64,000 nucleotides of DNA, from contig OZ059896.1 in NCBI GenBank assembly GCA_964057225.1, positions 9,734,001 to 9,798,000 on the forward strand, written 5' to 3'. Both the position numbers and the translations under genes were made by a program. Positions within the stretch are counted from its first letter, which is position 1; each line of letters opens with the position of its first letter. The stretch is from Auanema rhodensis (taxonomy: Eukaryota > Animalia > Nematoda). Below the pieces are notes generated by a model. It was not told the DNA's origin and made no database searches. It was given only the letters and a program-made list of their open reading frames with translations. This document shows, one piece after another, positions 40,019 through 53,100 of the stretch.

Positions 40019-40764
40019 CAGTCCTGTGCGATGAAGGTTGCACACCCACTAGAATCCCTTATACCTTCTCAGACAAACTACAAAAATTCAGAAAAAATAT
40101 ATTTTGGATGTTAAAAAACGATAATGAATTCAGAAAAAATCTTTAAAGTTTTAAAAATCATGTTTAAAAGTATTTTCTGAAGTCTCCGAAATTTTCATAA
40201 ACTGCTTGAAGTCTTCTTTCATGAATTTCATGAGTTTCATAAAAACTTCAGATATAATCTTTTAATAGAATGTTAGGAACACACTAAACGTCAATTTTTC
40301 TTTTAAACGGGAGAATTTGGTTGTACGTCAACCAAGTTCTCTTCATAGATATTCAGTAAGATTCAGATGCTGAAGCTTACTTGTTTGAAGCTATGCCATA
40401 GGAAAAACTTGGTTATTGATCGAGCTCTGTGCTCAGAATGATTTAAAGATATTTCTAATAAATTAACTTCTTTCCTAATCTCAAATTTTGTTATATTAAG
40501 ATGAATTATTCAAAATAGTTAAAAAACACTATTTTTCTTTATAAATTTAGAAAACAATATTGAAATCAGTTTTTATTATATTAACATATATTTTGACTGA
40601 ATATAAACTATATAAACTAGAATGTTAGGAACACACTAAACGTCAATTTTTTGAAATTAAAAAAGCAAAATTTTTGAAATTAAAAAAAAATTTGTTTTTG
40701 TAGTTTGAAGGGTTTTTCTGGAGCCTCTAACATAGGGATGTGCAACCTTCATTGCACAGGACTG
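40019..40764. mobile_element. Non-autonomous Tc1/mariner-superfamily element (MITE), copy 1
   Basis: TA target duplication; TIR CAGTCCTGTGC(G/A)ATGAAGGTTGCACA at both ends; no coding capacity; body homologous to 42700-43398. Confidence 0.93.
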
Positions 40765-40768
40765 TATG

Positions 40769-41506
40769 TTAGATGTGCGCAAAAGTTTCTGGCCATCCGC
40801 ATTAAAATTTGAATAAGAATTTCAAAATTAAAAATAGCCATAAACCAAATTTATAATTATATTTGTTAAAGTATTTTTAATTGAAATTATTAAAAAAATT
40901 TCATTTTTCATCTTTTAATTTTCCGAAATGGCTTTCTACTATACTCACATGCGTTATTGTTTTGAGCTGTATTTCAAGCAAGGTTTGAATGCTTTGAAAG
41001 CTCATAATCTTTTTCAAATCACTTATGTTAGAGATATTACTACTTATAGTATCTGTATATGAAATTATTTATCACTCCTGGTGAAGCAGTACCTCTAAAT
41101 TCTAAAACCAAAAAATTGACCCCCGTAAACGTGATGTTATGTTATTTTTGGGATGACAAAGGAATATTTTATTAGGAAATTGTTGAATTAAGATGAGATG
41201 TTGATTACTAGGATCAATTCTGAACAAATTCAACGGTGTTTCATTAAAACGCCCACGCACACCGAAGAAAATCTTTCTTCTACATGACAACGCGCGGCAT
41301 CATCTGGACTAGGACGTGTGTTGAATTGTGGAGAAGAAACGATATAAGCTCCTAAAACATATACCTATTCACCAGACCTTGCTTCTTCTGAATATCAAAA
41401 CAAAATAAATAGTAATATTTTTATAAGTTTCTGGAAACACGTTTTGAAATTATGAGGTGAATGCATGTGGGCGCGAAGAGGGCCAGGAACTTTTGCGCAC
41501 ACCTAA
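40769..41506 (+). mobile_element. Internally deleted, degenerate mariner element
   Basis: TIRs TTAG(A/G)TGTGCGCAAAAGTT(T/C)CTGGCC. Broken transposase remnants: THMRYCFELYFKQGLNA (N-terminal HTH), VMLCYFWDDKGI, IFLLHDNARHH, YSPDLASSEY; stops and frameshifts present. Confidence 0.92.
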
Positions 41507-42699
41507 TATACATATATATTTAAGTTGTATAGTGAAAAAAGAGCAAAAATGTGTTTCACTTGTAGTAAATATTATTTAGAATATAGCCAGCAAAAATGTT
41601 CATCAAATAATTTTTAGGTTGAAGGTTAAATCTTACAACCTGAAACTTGAGAAGAATTACAAGTCAAATTCTTAAACGAGATATAAATTCAATTTTATGA
41701 GTAAAATAACAAATAATCTTAAAGTTTACAGAAACAAAACTGACATGATCAGGTATTCAATATATCAAGTACATAAACTAAGTTGTTTAGTACAATTAAA
41801 ATCCACCTGAGGCAACTTTTCAATTCTTTTGTAAAAGCAGTTAAACTTTTAATTATAGTCTAGAATAATAAGATGTTGATAATAGAAATTGTGCTAGATA
41901 ATGAAAAAAGTGGATGAATATACATATGTAAATTAGGAATTAGCAGCCTATCAAAGTTAAAAACATAAAATAATTGTTAAAACATTGGAACATATTTTAT
42001 AAAATTAATTTAAAATAAATAAAAAAACTTTGTATAAAAAGTAAACCATGCACATTGAGAGTATAACTATGATTATTATGAGCATAGATGATTGAATTCT
42101 ACTTTACTTTTCTATGTCACATTCCCAGCATCAGCAATTTGTTATACAAAGAGCATCATCTCTAACTCTCTCACTCGAACACACATTTCTGGAAACTATA
42201 GGTGAGATCATGAAGATTAGGGTGTTCCTACGTTAGATAAGGAAGTTCTGAGAGAAAACTATGTGAGAAAGTATAACATTTCAGTGTGATATAGTAGATT
42301 TTACCAAAATAAGACGTCAAATAGTGGATCTCGTTTAACAAAAGTTAAAAAAAATGTCTAATAATATTCTACTACTTATTCTATTATTTAATACAACTTA
42401 TTCATAAACATTTTATTGCATAAAACAATATAGAAAGAATGCTTCATTTCTGCCTATTCTTTTTTTTGTATGTATATTATAAATAATCTTATGAAATTGA
42501 TGTAATGAAGTTAAAAGTTCAAAAGTATATGTATATATTAATATTATATAACTAATGCTATTACTTTTGAATAGTCGTTAAGGAAAGTTATAAGTATCAC
42601 ATAAATGAATCAGAATTATCCTTCAAGTAAATGTGTGTGAGGGGAAAAAAGGAAATATTCTACGTATACTAACTAATTATAAATATATAAATATACATA

Positions 42700-43398
42700 C
42701 AGTCCTGTGCAAAAAACCTCGGACAAAAATATCTTAGAGGCCCCAGAAACCCCTTCAAACTACAAAAAAATTTTTTTTTTAATTTCATAAGTTTCGTAAT
42801 GTCACATAGTATATATTCAGTCAAAATATATGTTAATATAATGAAAATTGATTTCAATATTTTTTTCTAAATTTATAAGGAAAAATAGTGTTTTTTGACT
42901 ATTTTGAATAATTCATCTTAATATAACAAAATTTGAGATTAGGAACATGTTAATTCATTAAAAAATATTTTAAAATGATTCTAAGCACAAAGCTCAATCA
43001 ATAACTAAGTTTTTCCTATGGCATAGCTTCAAACAAGTAAGCTTCAGCATCTGAATCTTACCGAATATCTATGAAGATAACTTGGTTAACATACAACCAA
43101 ATTCTCCCGTTTAAAAGAAAAATAGACGTTTAGTGTATTCCTAACATTCTATCAAAAGATTATTTCTGAAGTCTTGATGAAACTTCTGAAATTCAAGAAA
43201 GAAGACTTCTAGCAGTTTATGAAAATTTCGGAGACTCCAAAAAATACTTTTGAACATGATTTTTAAAACTTTAAAGATTTTTTCTGAATTCGTTATCAAT
43301 TTTTAACACTCAAAATGTATTTTTTCTGATTTTTTGTAGTTTGTCTGAGAAGGTATAAGGGATTCTAAAAGTTGTCCGAGGTTTTTTGCACATGACTG
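42700..43398. mobile_element. Non-autonomous Tc1/mariner-superfamily element (MITE), copy 2, inverted relative to copy 1
   Basis: TA target duplication; TIR CAGTC(C/A)TGTGCAAAAAACCTCGGACAA; interior is a reverse-complement homolog of 40019-40764. Confidence 0.93.
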
Positions 43399-43716
43399 TA
43401 CATATGTAAGCATATAAATAAAGGGAATTTAACTTCATGAAGTCAGCTGATTTAATCAAAACATTATTAGTTTTTTTTTCTCTCATAGTACCATGCAATA
43501 TAATTGTGGATAAATATTATTAAAATCATGTTTCTAATCCAAGATGCATATTTCAAAGCTAATTGCCTCCAACAAGTAGAAATAGTTTGATTAAGTTGGA
43601 AGGACGTAGCAAAATGTAAAATATACAAAGGAAAAATATTTTCTCTTCAAATGTGAGGGATAGCATATCTCTTGATCTTCCTACTTCATCTAGTTACTTT
43701 GGTCATGAAGTGTGCT

Positions 43717-45904
43717 TTATTCTATTTTTCCTACAATTGTTGATGGAGCTGGACCGACGAGTTTTTTTTTGACAAAAAGTCCCAGTAGCACTTGCCGAAC
43801 CTAGAACAAACAATATCAGCTTCAACTTAAAAGATATGATAACCTGCTTGTGAAATAGTAAAATAACCAAACTATTCATTGATGCATTGAGTGCCATACT
43901 AATACCAATCACAAGAAATACTGGATTAAAATCAGGCGAAGATAAGTTCAAAAATTTAGGTAAAATTCGAAAAGATGTCCATTCTATCAAATGAAAGGAA
44001 GAGACAGCAAAAGATTGTAAGGCAAACCTAAAATAAAAAATATTGAATTTCTAAACTTCTGAACTTCTTTTCAGAATCATACATAAGTTCTCGTTTACGT
44101 TTGACTGCTTGATTTGTTTCCCCAAATGCTTTTGATGTTTTAATTAAATGTATTAAAATCTGCAATAAAAACCTTAAATTATCAATACATTTTTCAATTT
44201 TATGAAATATTTTTATTTGTAATTTGGTGTATGTGAAAAGTTATTTGGTTTACTAGTGTTTCATGATAATTCACAAATATGTTGACAAATCATAAAAAGT
44301 AGAAAGTAAAATGATTTTTAAGAAACGTGGAGGAGGAGTAGGAGAGCAACAACGATTTGTTCCCAGAAATACTAATGAGATATACACCCTAATCAGGGAA
44401 TATTCTGCAAAAAGAGCAAAATTACATCTGCTTGATCTTGATCTCCGATATACTTTCAAACGTTCGGAAAACGCAGAGAATTAACTTATTGCTGAAACTA
44501 ATTGCTCATATACATACATGTACACACTCATATGTGAGAGAATATAGAGATCACTTTGGAAGACGTTTCGCTAATTTTCTGAAGATATCAAACCAAAAAT
44601 TTATAAAAAGCTCAGTTATAAGAAGAAATATAGGATTTTTTTTCATAAAAGTATTATATCTTTTTTCTATTTCAAGTCAAATAAATCATTCCGAACATTT
44701 AAGAAAATAAAGGAGAAAAAATAGAATTCAAGCTGAAAAAAAACAATAAAATAAAAATAAATGTGTTTCATGTTTCAAAATTTTCTGAAACTTGCAAGTT
44801 CACTTTGATCTGCATAGAGCAAGTATATCTATGCTAAAATACCATATGAAATAAACATTTTTTGCAATATAAATAAAAACACAAATAGAAAAAAAACAGT
44901 ATGCAAAATGTATGGTTAATGTGCTTTAATTGAAGAGCATTCGTGGCAATGTTTGATCTATAGTCAAGAATACATTGAATAATTCATTTTCGATTGAAAC
45001 TTTTCCATAGCTGTCATACAGCTTGGTACATATATAACTGTTTTAAAACAGTTTATATATTAAAAACATATGGTAATATGATTGTCAAAAATAAATTATT
45101 GCAAACATACGTAAACATAGCAAAATAGTGAGCATGCAGATGCAGATATATTCAAAGGCATATACACAATAATATTTGAATAGTTTGTAGTAACATTGTC
45201 CTTCACTTGAAAACTGTAAGCAAAAATGAGCCTATTGAAAGACATTCTAAAATTAATATTATTAATAAAATTAATTTTCAAATTGCATTGGTTACTGGCA
45301 GCATGGGAAGATATATTGGCATATAATAGTTAAGATCAAGCATACAGCTACAATTACAATATTCATAATGATTGTTTTTTTTAGAGTAAATATATTCCAA
45401 TATGGATGACAAACAATAATTAATCTAAGATTTATATAAATAAGTGTTAATATAAGTGTTTATTAAATATTTTGAAGATAACCTGTTAATTGATATGAAT
45501 ACATTGAATATATTTACTGAAAACCATGACCAAACTCCCAAAAATATAGCACATTGACCGAATATACCATTTCTACCTCCAGGAAAGATATAATCCTACA
45601 ATATTTCAAATAATTCTTTAAGAAAATTTATATATACATACTCCTGCAAGTGTTACAGGAACAAGATAAAATAAAAATGAAAATAATAGCAATATATCCA
45701 TAATGATATGTCCAGCAGATATAACATATAAAGTATGTCTAAATGATTAATTAATTAATTATTTAATTTGAAAAACATGAATTACCTTTTTCGTTTAGCT
45801 AAATACACAACAATTATTGATGTTAAACAACATACAGTAAACAAACATAATATCAATATTCCAAAAGGAATAGCTACAGCAAGCTTAGTGTTATCTTCTG
45901 CCAT
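43717..45904 (-). CDS. Serpentine 7TM chemoreceptor, Srx/Srxa-like, paralog B
   Basis: MAEDNTKLAVAIPFGILIL...YVISAGHI...DYIFPGGRNG...ISINR...FPCCQ...EWTSFRILPKF...NASMNSLVILLFHKQ/VRQ...GKIE*; intron positions shared with paralogs A and C. Confidence 0.88.
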
Positions 45905-47741
45905 TTGTATCTTGATCGGATGTGCTAAAATAGTAAAATAATCCCTAATATACTTTGATGTAAATAATATTTTACTTTATAAGTATAAACATATACTATA
46001 TATAAGTTAGTTAAGTGAATAAACATAACTAAAGATATTATAAGCTGAGTAATAAGTTATTATAAAATATATTAAATAATAGTTAACAACTATTGTATTA
46101 TATAACAATTTTTATTAGAAAACATTAGAAAATTGCCAAAAATAAAATGTACAATATTGGTGTTAATTGATTGTGAAAAACAGTTAAGAATTAAGCTTAT
46201 ATGTATCTGAGTAGTGACTAAAAACATTCAAAATAATTATTTGATTAAGAATGTTCTTTCAATCAGAATATATACATGAAACTGTTTTTCAAAACAGTTC
46301 ATTATATAAAGTAAGTTAGTATTTGCAATTTCTTCTATTATTTTAATATAAAAACATTTATTATTTATGAATTTTATCAGAAAATGGAAATAATGCGACG
46401 TGGTGCTATGTTCAAACAATATTTAGATCTTCAAGAAAAGTAGTAGTTAAATGTTGATTCTATTGTATTGAGTTGAATATTAATTCAATTGTCTATTTTT
46501 AATTGATTTTCTGATATTGGGTTTTAAATAGATTGCATAAATTAAATTATTATACATAGATCACGTCATATATAGTATAAGCTTCTTCGATATTTCAAAA
46601 CAATTTTTGAATTTTTATGAAATATGATCTTTTCAACAATGATTGAAGTAATAAATATTTCCTAAATAATTACATTTATATATATATATATATATATATA
46701 ATTTTTAAAATTTTACTTTTGTTACCGTCATGTGCTGTTCAAGCTGTCTCTGTACAGCTTCCGTATTTTGGCACCTTGTTACGCTCGCTCTACCTCGCAC
46801 CTCCTTAATTTCCGCAATCCACCATTCTTAGTTGTCAATTTACTTATATAAGCATTTTAAATTAATTTTACAAATCAAATTAATCTGTCTTAGATCACAA
46901 ACATCATATTGTTTCCAATAAAAATGATTCTAAATATAAAGTTTGATATTAAGACATGAACATTAACGTTATAGTAGTATAGTAATCATTAAGAATTTTA
47001 TAATTTCTTCTTAAAATAAGAATATTTAATTCCTGGAAGTAATCTCTACTAAAACATATACTTAAGTTTAACTTCATTGTAGATCAAAGAATGTTTGAAT
47101 GTAACTATAATGACCAATTTTTCTACAAAGAATATATTTTCAAAAACTTTATTAATTTATTATAATTTATAAGTTTATATAGTTTGCAAAGAAGTCATAT
47201 AGCTTGACAAGGTTAGGCAATTGATGGTAAAGAAATATACTTATAAGATCAGAAACTAAATATTTTCTCAGAATTTTCTTTTAATTTTAGTTGCTATAAT
47301 ATTACTGGGAATTGAAAAGAACTTCATTCATATGTCTATTATAGTTCAAAAAAATATTTACTAGAATTGATGATAAATGGAATTAAATGAATACAAGTAC
47401 TATATAAGTAATTAATATGAAATAGTCTTCATTTTATTAATTTAATGTTATTTTATATTCAAAAAATGAGACCTCTAGAGCTGCATATCATTGAGCTGAT
47501 GGACATTGACAATTCCCCCAAGCAACTAGACAGTATTACTTCATTAAAACAAAAAAATATATTTTAAATAATATAGTTTCTGTTTAATAATTATTCAAAA
47601 AGCTTAAAGTATTTTTGATTGTATTGGGGATTACCTGTTAAAATCAAAATATTAACATACATTAACTAATTATATAATATAAATATTTTATTATTTTAAC
47701 TACTAACAAATATATAAAATACATAAACAAATATATAACTT

Positions 47742-49299
47742 CTAATCTCCAGATCTCATGGAAGAAACATTCAGTGTTGTTGCATGAACTCGTGATCCTT
47801 TCACCGGCACGATCGAACGTATCAGAATTGATCGAACCTTAAATAATTTCAGATTAACAAGATTCAAAAAAAAAAATCACGGAAGTACTGAGTATATTAT
47901 AATATTATAAACTATTTTATTATAATTTAAATTATATTTAAAATTTGTCATGATATCAGATTTTATATATAGTTTTAAAATGAAAAAGGTATAACGATGA
48001 TTAAATTGTCAATAATTTTAATTTTAAAATAAAAATTGAATTACCTCTTGGTTGAATATCATATATACAACACTATTCATAGTAGCATTAATAGTTAAAC
48101 TAAATCCAACAATCAAAAAATATGGATCAAATTCTTTAGCTGATAAATTAACAAAATAAGGTAAAATTCGAAAAGATGTCCATTCTATTAAATGAAATAA
48201 TGACACAGCAAAAAATTGTAAGGCAAATCTGAAAGTTTTTTCATAAATTTTCAAATATATTTGGTATAAAACATACAATAATTCTCTTTTATGTTTCCTC
48301 CGTTGTCCTTGTACAAGAGATATTGTTTTAGAAGATTTTGCCAAATTATAAAAAATCTGAAATAGCATAATTAGTATAAAATTACGAAAATATCATAAGA
48401 ATGTTTTTTGACTTTGAATGTAAAACAAGTAATAAGACTTATTCACAATTTAAAATATATTTATATGTATATCTATACATGTAACTTACACCAGCATAAC
48501 AGATTACGGCACAAAGTGATGATCCAATATTTATTGGTGTATTTATAATATAATTACTATAGTTAGTAACACCTTCTATCACAATATAGTTATATGCCAT
48601 CAGATGATGATTAAGCATAATTCTGAAATTATTAAAAATTTAATTAAAATTATTTAATTTTTAAATATTACGGGCAACATGGTAAAAAAAATTGTGCGAA
48701 TAACGCCAATGTAGTTCCAGTAATTATAATTAAAATAACAATAATTCCAGTATTTCGAAAAGTGAAAAAATCAACATATGGAAAACAAACAACAATAAAT
48801 CTGATAAAATTCATAATTATATATTATATTTATAAACGAATAATACCTATTAATAGCCATTAAAATATTAAAAATTCCGACAGTTAACCATGACCATTCT
48901 ACTGCGAATGTGGCTAGTTGACCAAAAACACCAAAACGCCCTCCAGGAAAAATATAAGCCTAAAATCTTACATGTGAAAAAAAACAAATGTATACAAAAT
49001 AACTTACACTAGCATAAGCTATAGGAATAAGATAAAATAAAAAAGCTGATATTAAAATGAGATCCATACAAATGTGTCCAGTTGAAATCAAATAAATAGG
49101 TTTCCTAAAATAAAACATTAAAAATGATTTAAATTTATTAATAAATTAAATAATATTAATAAAAAGTATATATAAACTACCTTTTTCCAAATGCTAAATA
49201 TGCAACTGTTGCGAGTACAAGTGAACAGAGAATGAACGCTAAGATGAGAGCAACACCAAAAACGATAGTAATATCTCGTTTAATATGATTAATTTCCAT
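47742..49299 (-). CDS. Serpentine 7TM chemoreceptor, Srx/Srxa-like, paralog C
   Basis: MEINHIKRDITIVFGVAL...YLISTGHI...YIFPGGRFG...MAINR...LPCCP...EWTSFRILPYF...NATMNSVVYMIFNQE/VRS...SSMRSGD*. Confidence 0.88.
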
Positions 49300-50172
49300 T
49301 ATTATTTATTACAATATTTAATATTATAGTTATTATTATTATATTTTCTAAATCAATAAGAATTAAAATTAAAAATATTAAATGAAAAGAAAATATAAAT
49401 ATTTTGATAGAAAAGCTAACATATAAAAGCAAGGATATGCGGAGAATGTGTATTATATGATATGCTGGATGAAAAAATATCTGAAGGCGGTCCACAATGT
49501 TTTTCGATCTCAGCAATTGCAAAGTGTAGGTATGGTGGCTGTGAATCTGAAAGTTAGTTTTTGGTTCCTAATTATATGTGAGTCTTCTGTACAAAATGGG
49601 ATGGAAAACAGCAAAAAAAAATATATACCAATATGAGTGCAGATTTTATCATTAATTATGAAATTAACATTTGCTTCCAGACCAGAAGAATCAGAAAAAT
49701 TCTTTTCCTTCAAATATCGTCAAAGCAACTGGAAGAAACAAAATGAAATAATTTTTCCGAACAGTGGATTACGCTTATAGTTAAGTGTATTGTCTATAAA
49801 TAACTGAAATTGTACCCCAGTGATTTATAAAAATCTATTCTGTAGAGAGTAATTCGAAGTTCTTTGAACTTTAAGTAAAATAGCTTTTTGATTAAATGGT
49901 TTATACATATATTTCGTATATTTCATATAGTTAAAATAGAAGTAGAAGTACAGTATGCACTTTCAATTGAATATGCATTAAGTACTTATTATATGCGGCG
50001 AAATTGAAAACTTATTTTTATTGAAAAAATAACTTTAAGTTTTGATGTAAATTATTTAAAATATCTTTAACTAATATATAAATTAACACAGTATTATGAA
50101 AACGAATTTATTAAATATAAATTATGATCAGAAATCATTATAAGTAACAAGCTTGTATCACATTATTTGATT

Positions 50173-53100
50173 CTACATCTTCGATTTAAGTATATTCAAA
50201 GCACCCTCATTCACATCGGTCATATCATATCTAAAATAATTTTATATTTAAACCAAAAAATTATGAAGAAACACTTACGATTCGTCGCTGTTTGTTGTAT
50301 ATGCTGCACTAACAGGACCTTTTGGAGGTTGATAATCTTCTTCATATACAGAACCATTCTGAATTATATAGTTAGATATAGAAGTTTTGACATATTTTCA
50401 TTACCAAATGTTTCCTTGTAACAAGATGTTTTTTATCTAAAACATATAGAACTTCATTTGCAGCTCGTAAGCCACTTTCTACAGCTCCGCTCATATAGCC
50501 CATCCATTCCAGAGCTGTCTCAGTTCCGGCAAAATGAACACTGAATACCAGCACATTAGGACAACTACATAATAATCTATTAACAAACCTGCAATGTGGT
50601 TGACGAATTGTGGCAAAAGCATCCATGTTTCCTGGAGTGACAGCAACAGTTGGACATCCACCATTGAACGGTTCATGTACCCACAACTAAAAATAAAGAA
50701 GATGAATCAGTATAAATCCTTCAATCATCTAAATTGCACTACCTTTTCTACATAGTCAATCATCTGAGTACGGCATTTAATACCGAAGAAGCGTTCCAAA
50801 TCTTTGAGTATTGCTTCTTTTCGCTCAATTAGAGACATGTCTGAACAAAAACAATTGTAGAAAAGCTTAAACATTACTCTTTTACCTGTAAACTCTTCAT
50901 TGATGAAACCAACAAGAGCAGGAGCTCCACGTGAAGAACAAGCATCATAAACTTCGATAAGTGGGAGTATCTTGAAAACAAAACATTATATTTATCTATG
51001 TATGGTATAAATAAATAGTTTCTGCAAGTTGTATATTGTGATGATCAGCATGGTTATTGAGGAACAGCAAAAAGAGATGAGATAGTTGCTACAATTCGAG
51101 TTATTTCTAGGTTTTTTACTTTGCAAAATGAACTAATTAAGATTTTTGTTGGCTTACTTGTGGGAACATCTTGGAGAATTTTGAAACGTCTACAAGACAA
51201 AACGAAATATACAATTTTCGTTATTTTTTTATTTTTTCATATAATATTATTTCATTTGTTTGAATTGACATGATTTCAAAAAAAAATTAAAGCATTTTTT
51301 GTATTATAATAAATGAATATATATAAATATATCTGAATTTGATTAATGTATAAACCAATTTATCTTAGAAAAAAGAAAGATTATCTGATACGTCATGATG
51401 AATAACAGATAAATTCAAAAATTAAACGAATATCTTATTATTCAGATTTAGATATTATCCAGATATATAGTTTTAAATAAAGAAACACCAAAATAATTAT
51501 TCTAAATAGACACAATTTTTATATTTTTTGAAAACATTGAACTCAATTATCTTTTTCATTTTCAAAAAAAAAATGTTTAAGAACATTGATGAATGTGTTA
51601 ATTTTAAATTTTTTAGTAGAATGTATTATATAATTATATTTAAAAAGGTAATATAGCTTACTTCTCCTGCACTAGAAGTTCTACCAGTACTGATAATTTC
51701 ACCGGAAAATCCATCTTCTCTCCAGAAAGGCGTTTCATATGTTATAATAAACTTAATAAAGTTTCCAACAGGACATGATTCAAACAATCGACTCTATAAA
51801 ATGGTTCAATTAACACAGATCTTTCTCAAGAGATAAACTATAATATTTTATCTATATTTATATAAACAAATAATTACCTTTATCAATGGAACATCTGGTT
51901 TAAATTGAATATAGTCACATTGATTTGGAGGAATTGCTAAAATTACCCGACGACAGTGGAAATATTCATACTGAAATAGAGAAACTTTGTTTTTTTTTTC
52001 CCGAAAAATAGTACATACAACATCTTTTTCACGCGGTAAAGTGCTGTAGGCATGAAGTAATGTCAAGCCCGTTTTTTCATCATAAATAATCTCATCAACT
52101 GCTCGATTCAACAGTATATTTTCCATTCCAAATTCTTTTGCCATGATTTCACACATTTGTTGAGTTCCATCCTAGGAAAAAATTGCTTTTTTACCATGTT
52201 TTTCAAAAAAATTTTTATTTATTTTTTAAATTTTTTCTCCCGGAAATAAAATACGTAGGTATATTTTCAATATTTTCTATGACATCAATACCTCCACACG
52301 GACAGCTTGTGCTCCATCGCCGATATTGTTAACAAGACAACTGAATGTACCAGCAGCTTTTGAAAAAGCCAAATGATAGAGCATATTCACACTAAAATAG
52401 ATTCATTAAAATTTGTTTTTATGTTTTATCTATCGGTATTACCGATTAGGCTTCACTCCATATATAGCTGTCGTCTTCAAGTCCATACAATCGTGTGATG
52501 TACGCGTTATACAATTCTCTTGGCACCATTTCTCCAGCGTCATTCCATCGTAATTAATGGCATCCTTCCAAGAGAAAGGATCTTTCAAATCAAGCTTAAA
52601 ATAATAATTATTAATATTATTTATAACATCATTCTCTTTGATTATTCTAATATTAATTAACAAACTTGGCACTTTCAGTACTTATAATAAAAATATTGAA
52701 ATTATTAAAATAAACTTGTTCGAAATTATAAAATTCACAAAGAGATTGCCTATTTTTTCAATTTTTAATGTATGGGAGAGACGAACAATTACTATGATTG
52801 AGCGAAATTTAGCAAAAAAGCTTATGATCAAACTACAAAGTTTATTAAGTTCTTCAAGTTTAGTTTAATTCTGAGATTATATGCATAATAATTTTATTAA
52901 TTGAACAATCTCCAGTACCTGTTTAACCAGTTTTTCTGTTTTCGTTAAACTAGCATACCAGTCGATCACCTCTATAGGTGTAAATTGCCTGAAACAATAT
53001 AATCAGTTATACATATCTTATTTGATTTCTTATTTGATATTTGTAATTATATGTTATATTTTATTTGAACATACTGTAATGATGTTATTGGCAAACTTCC

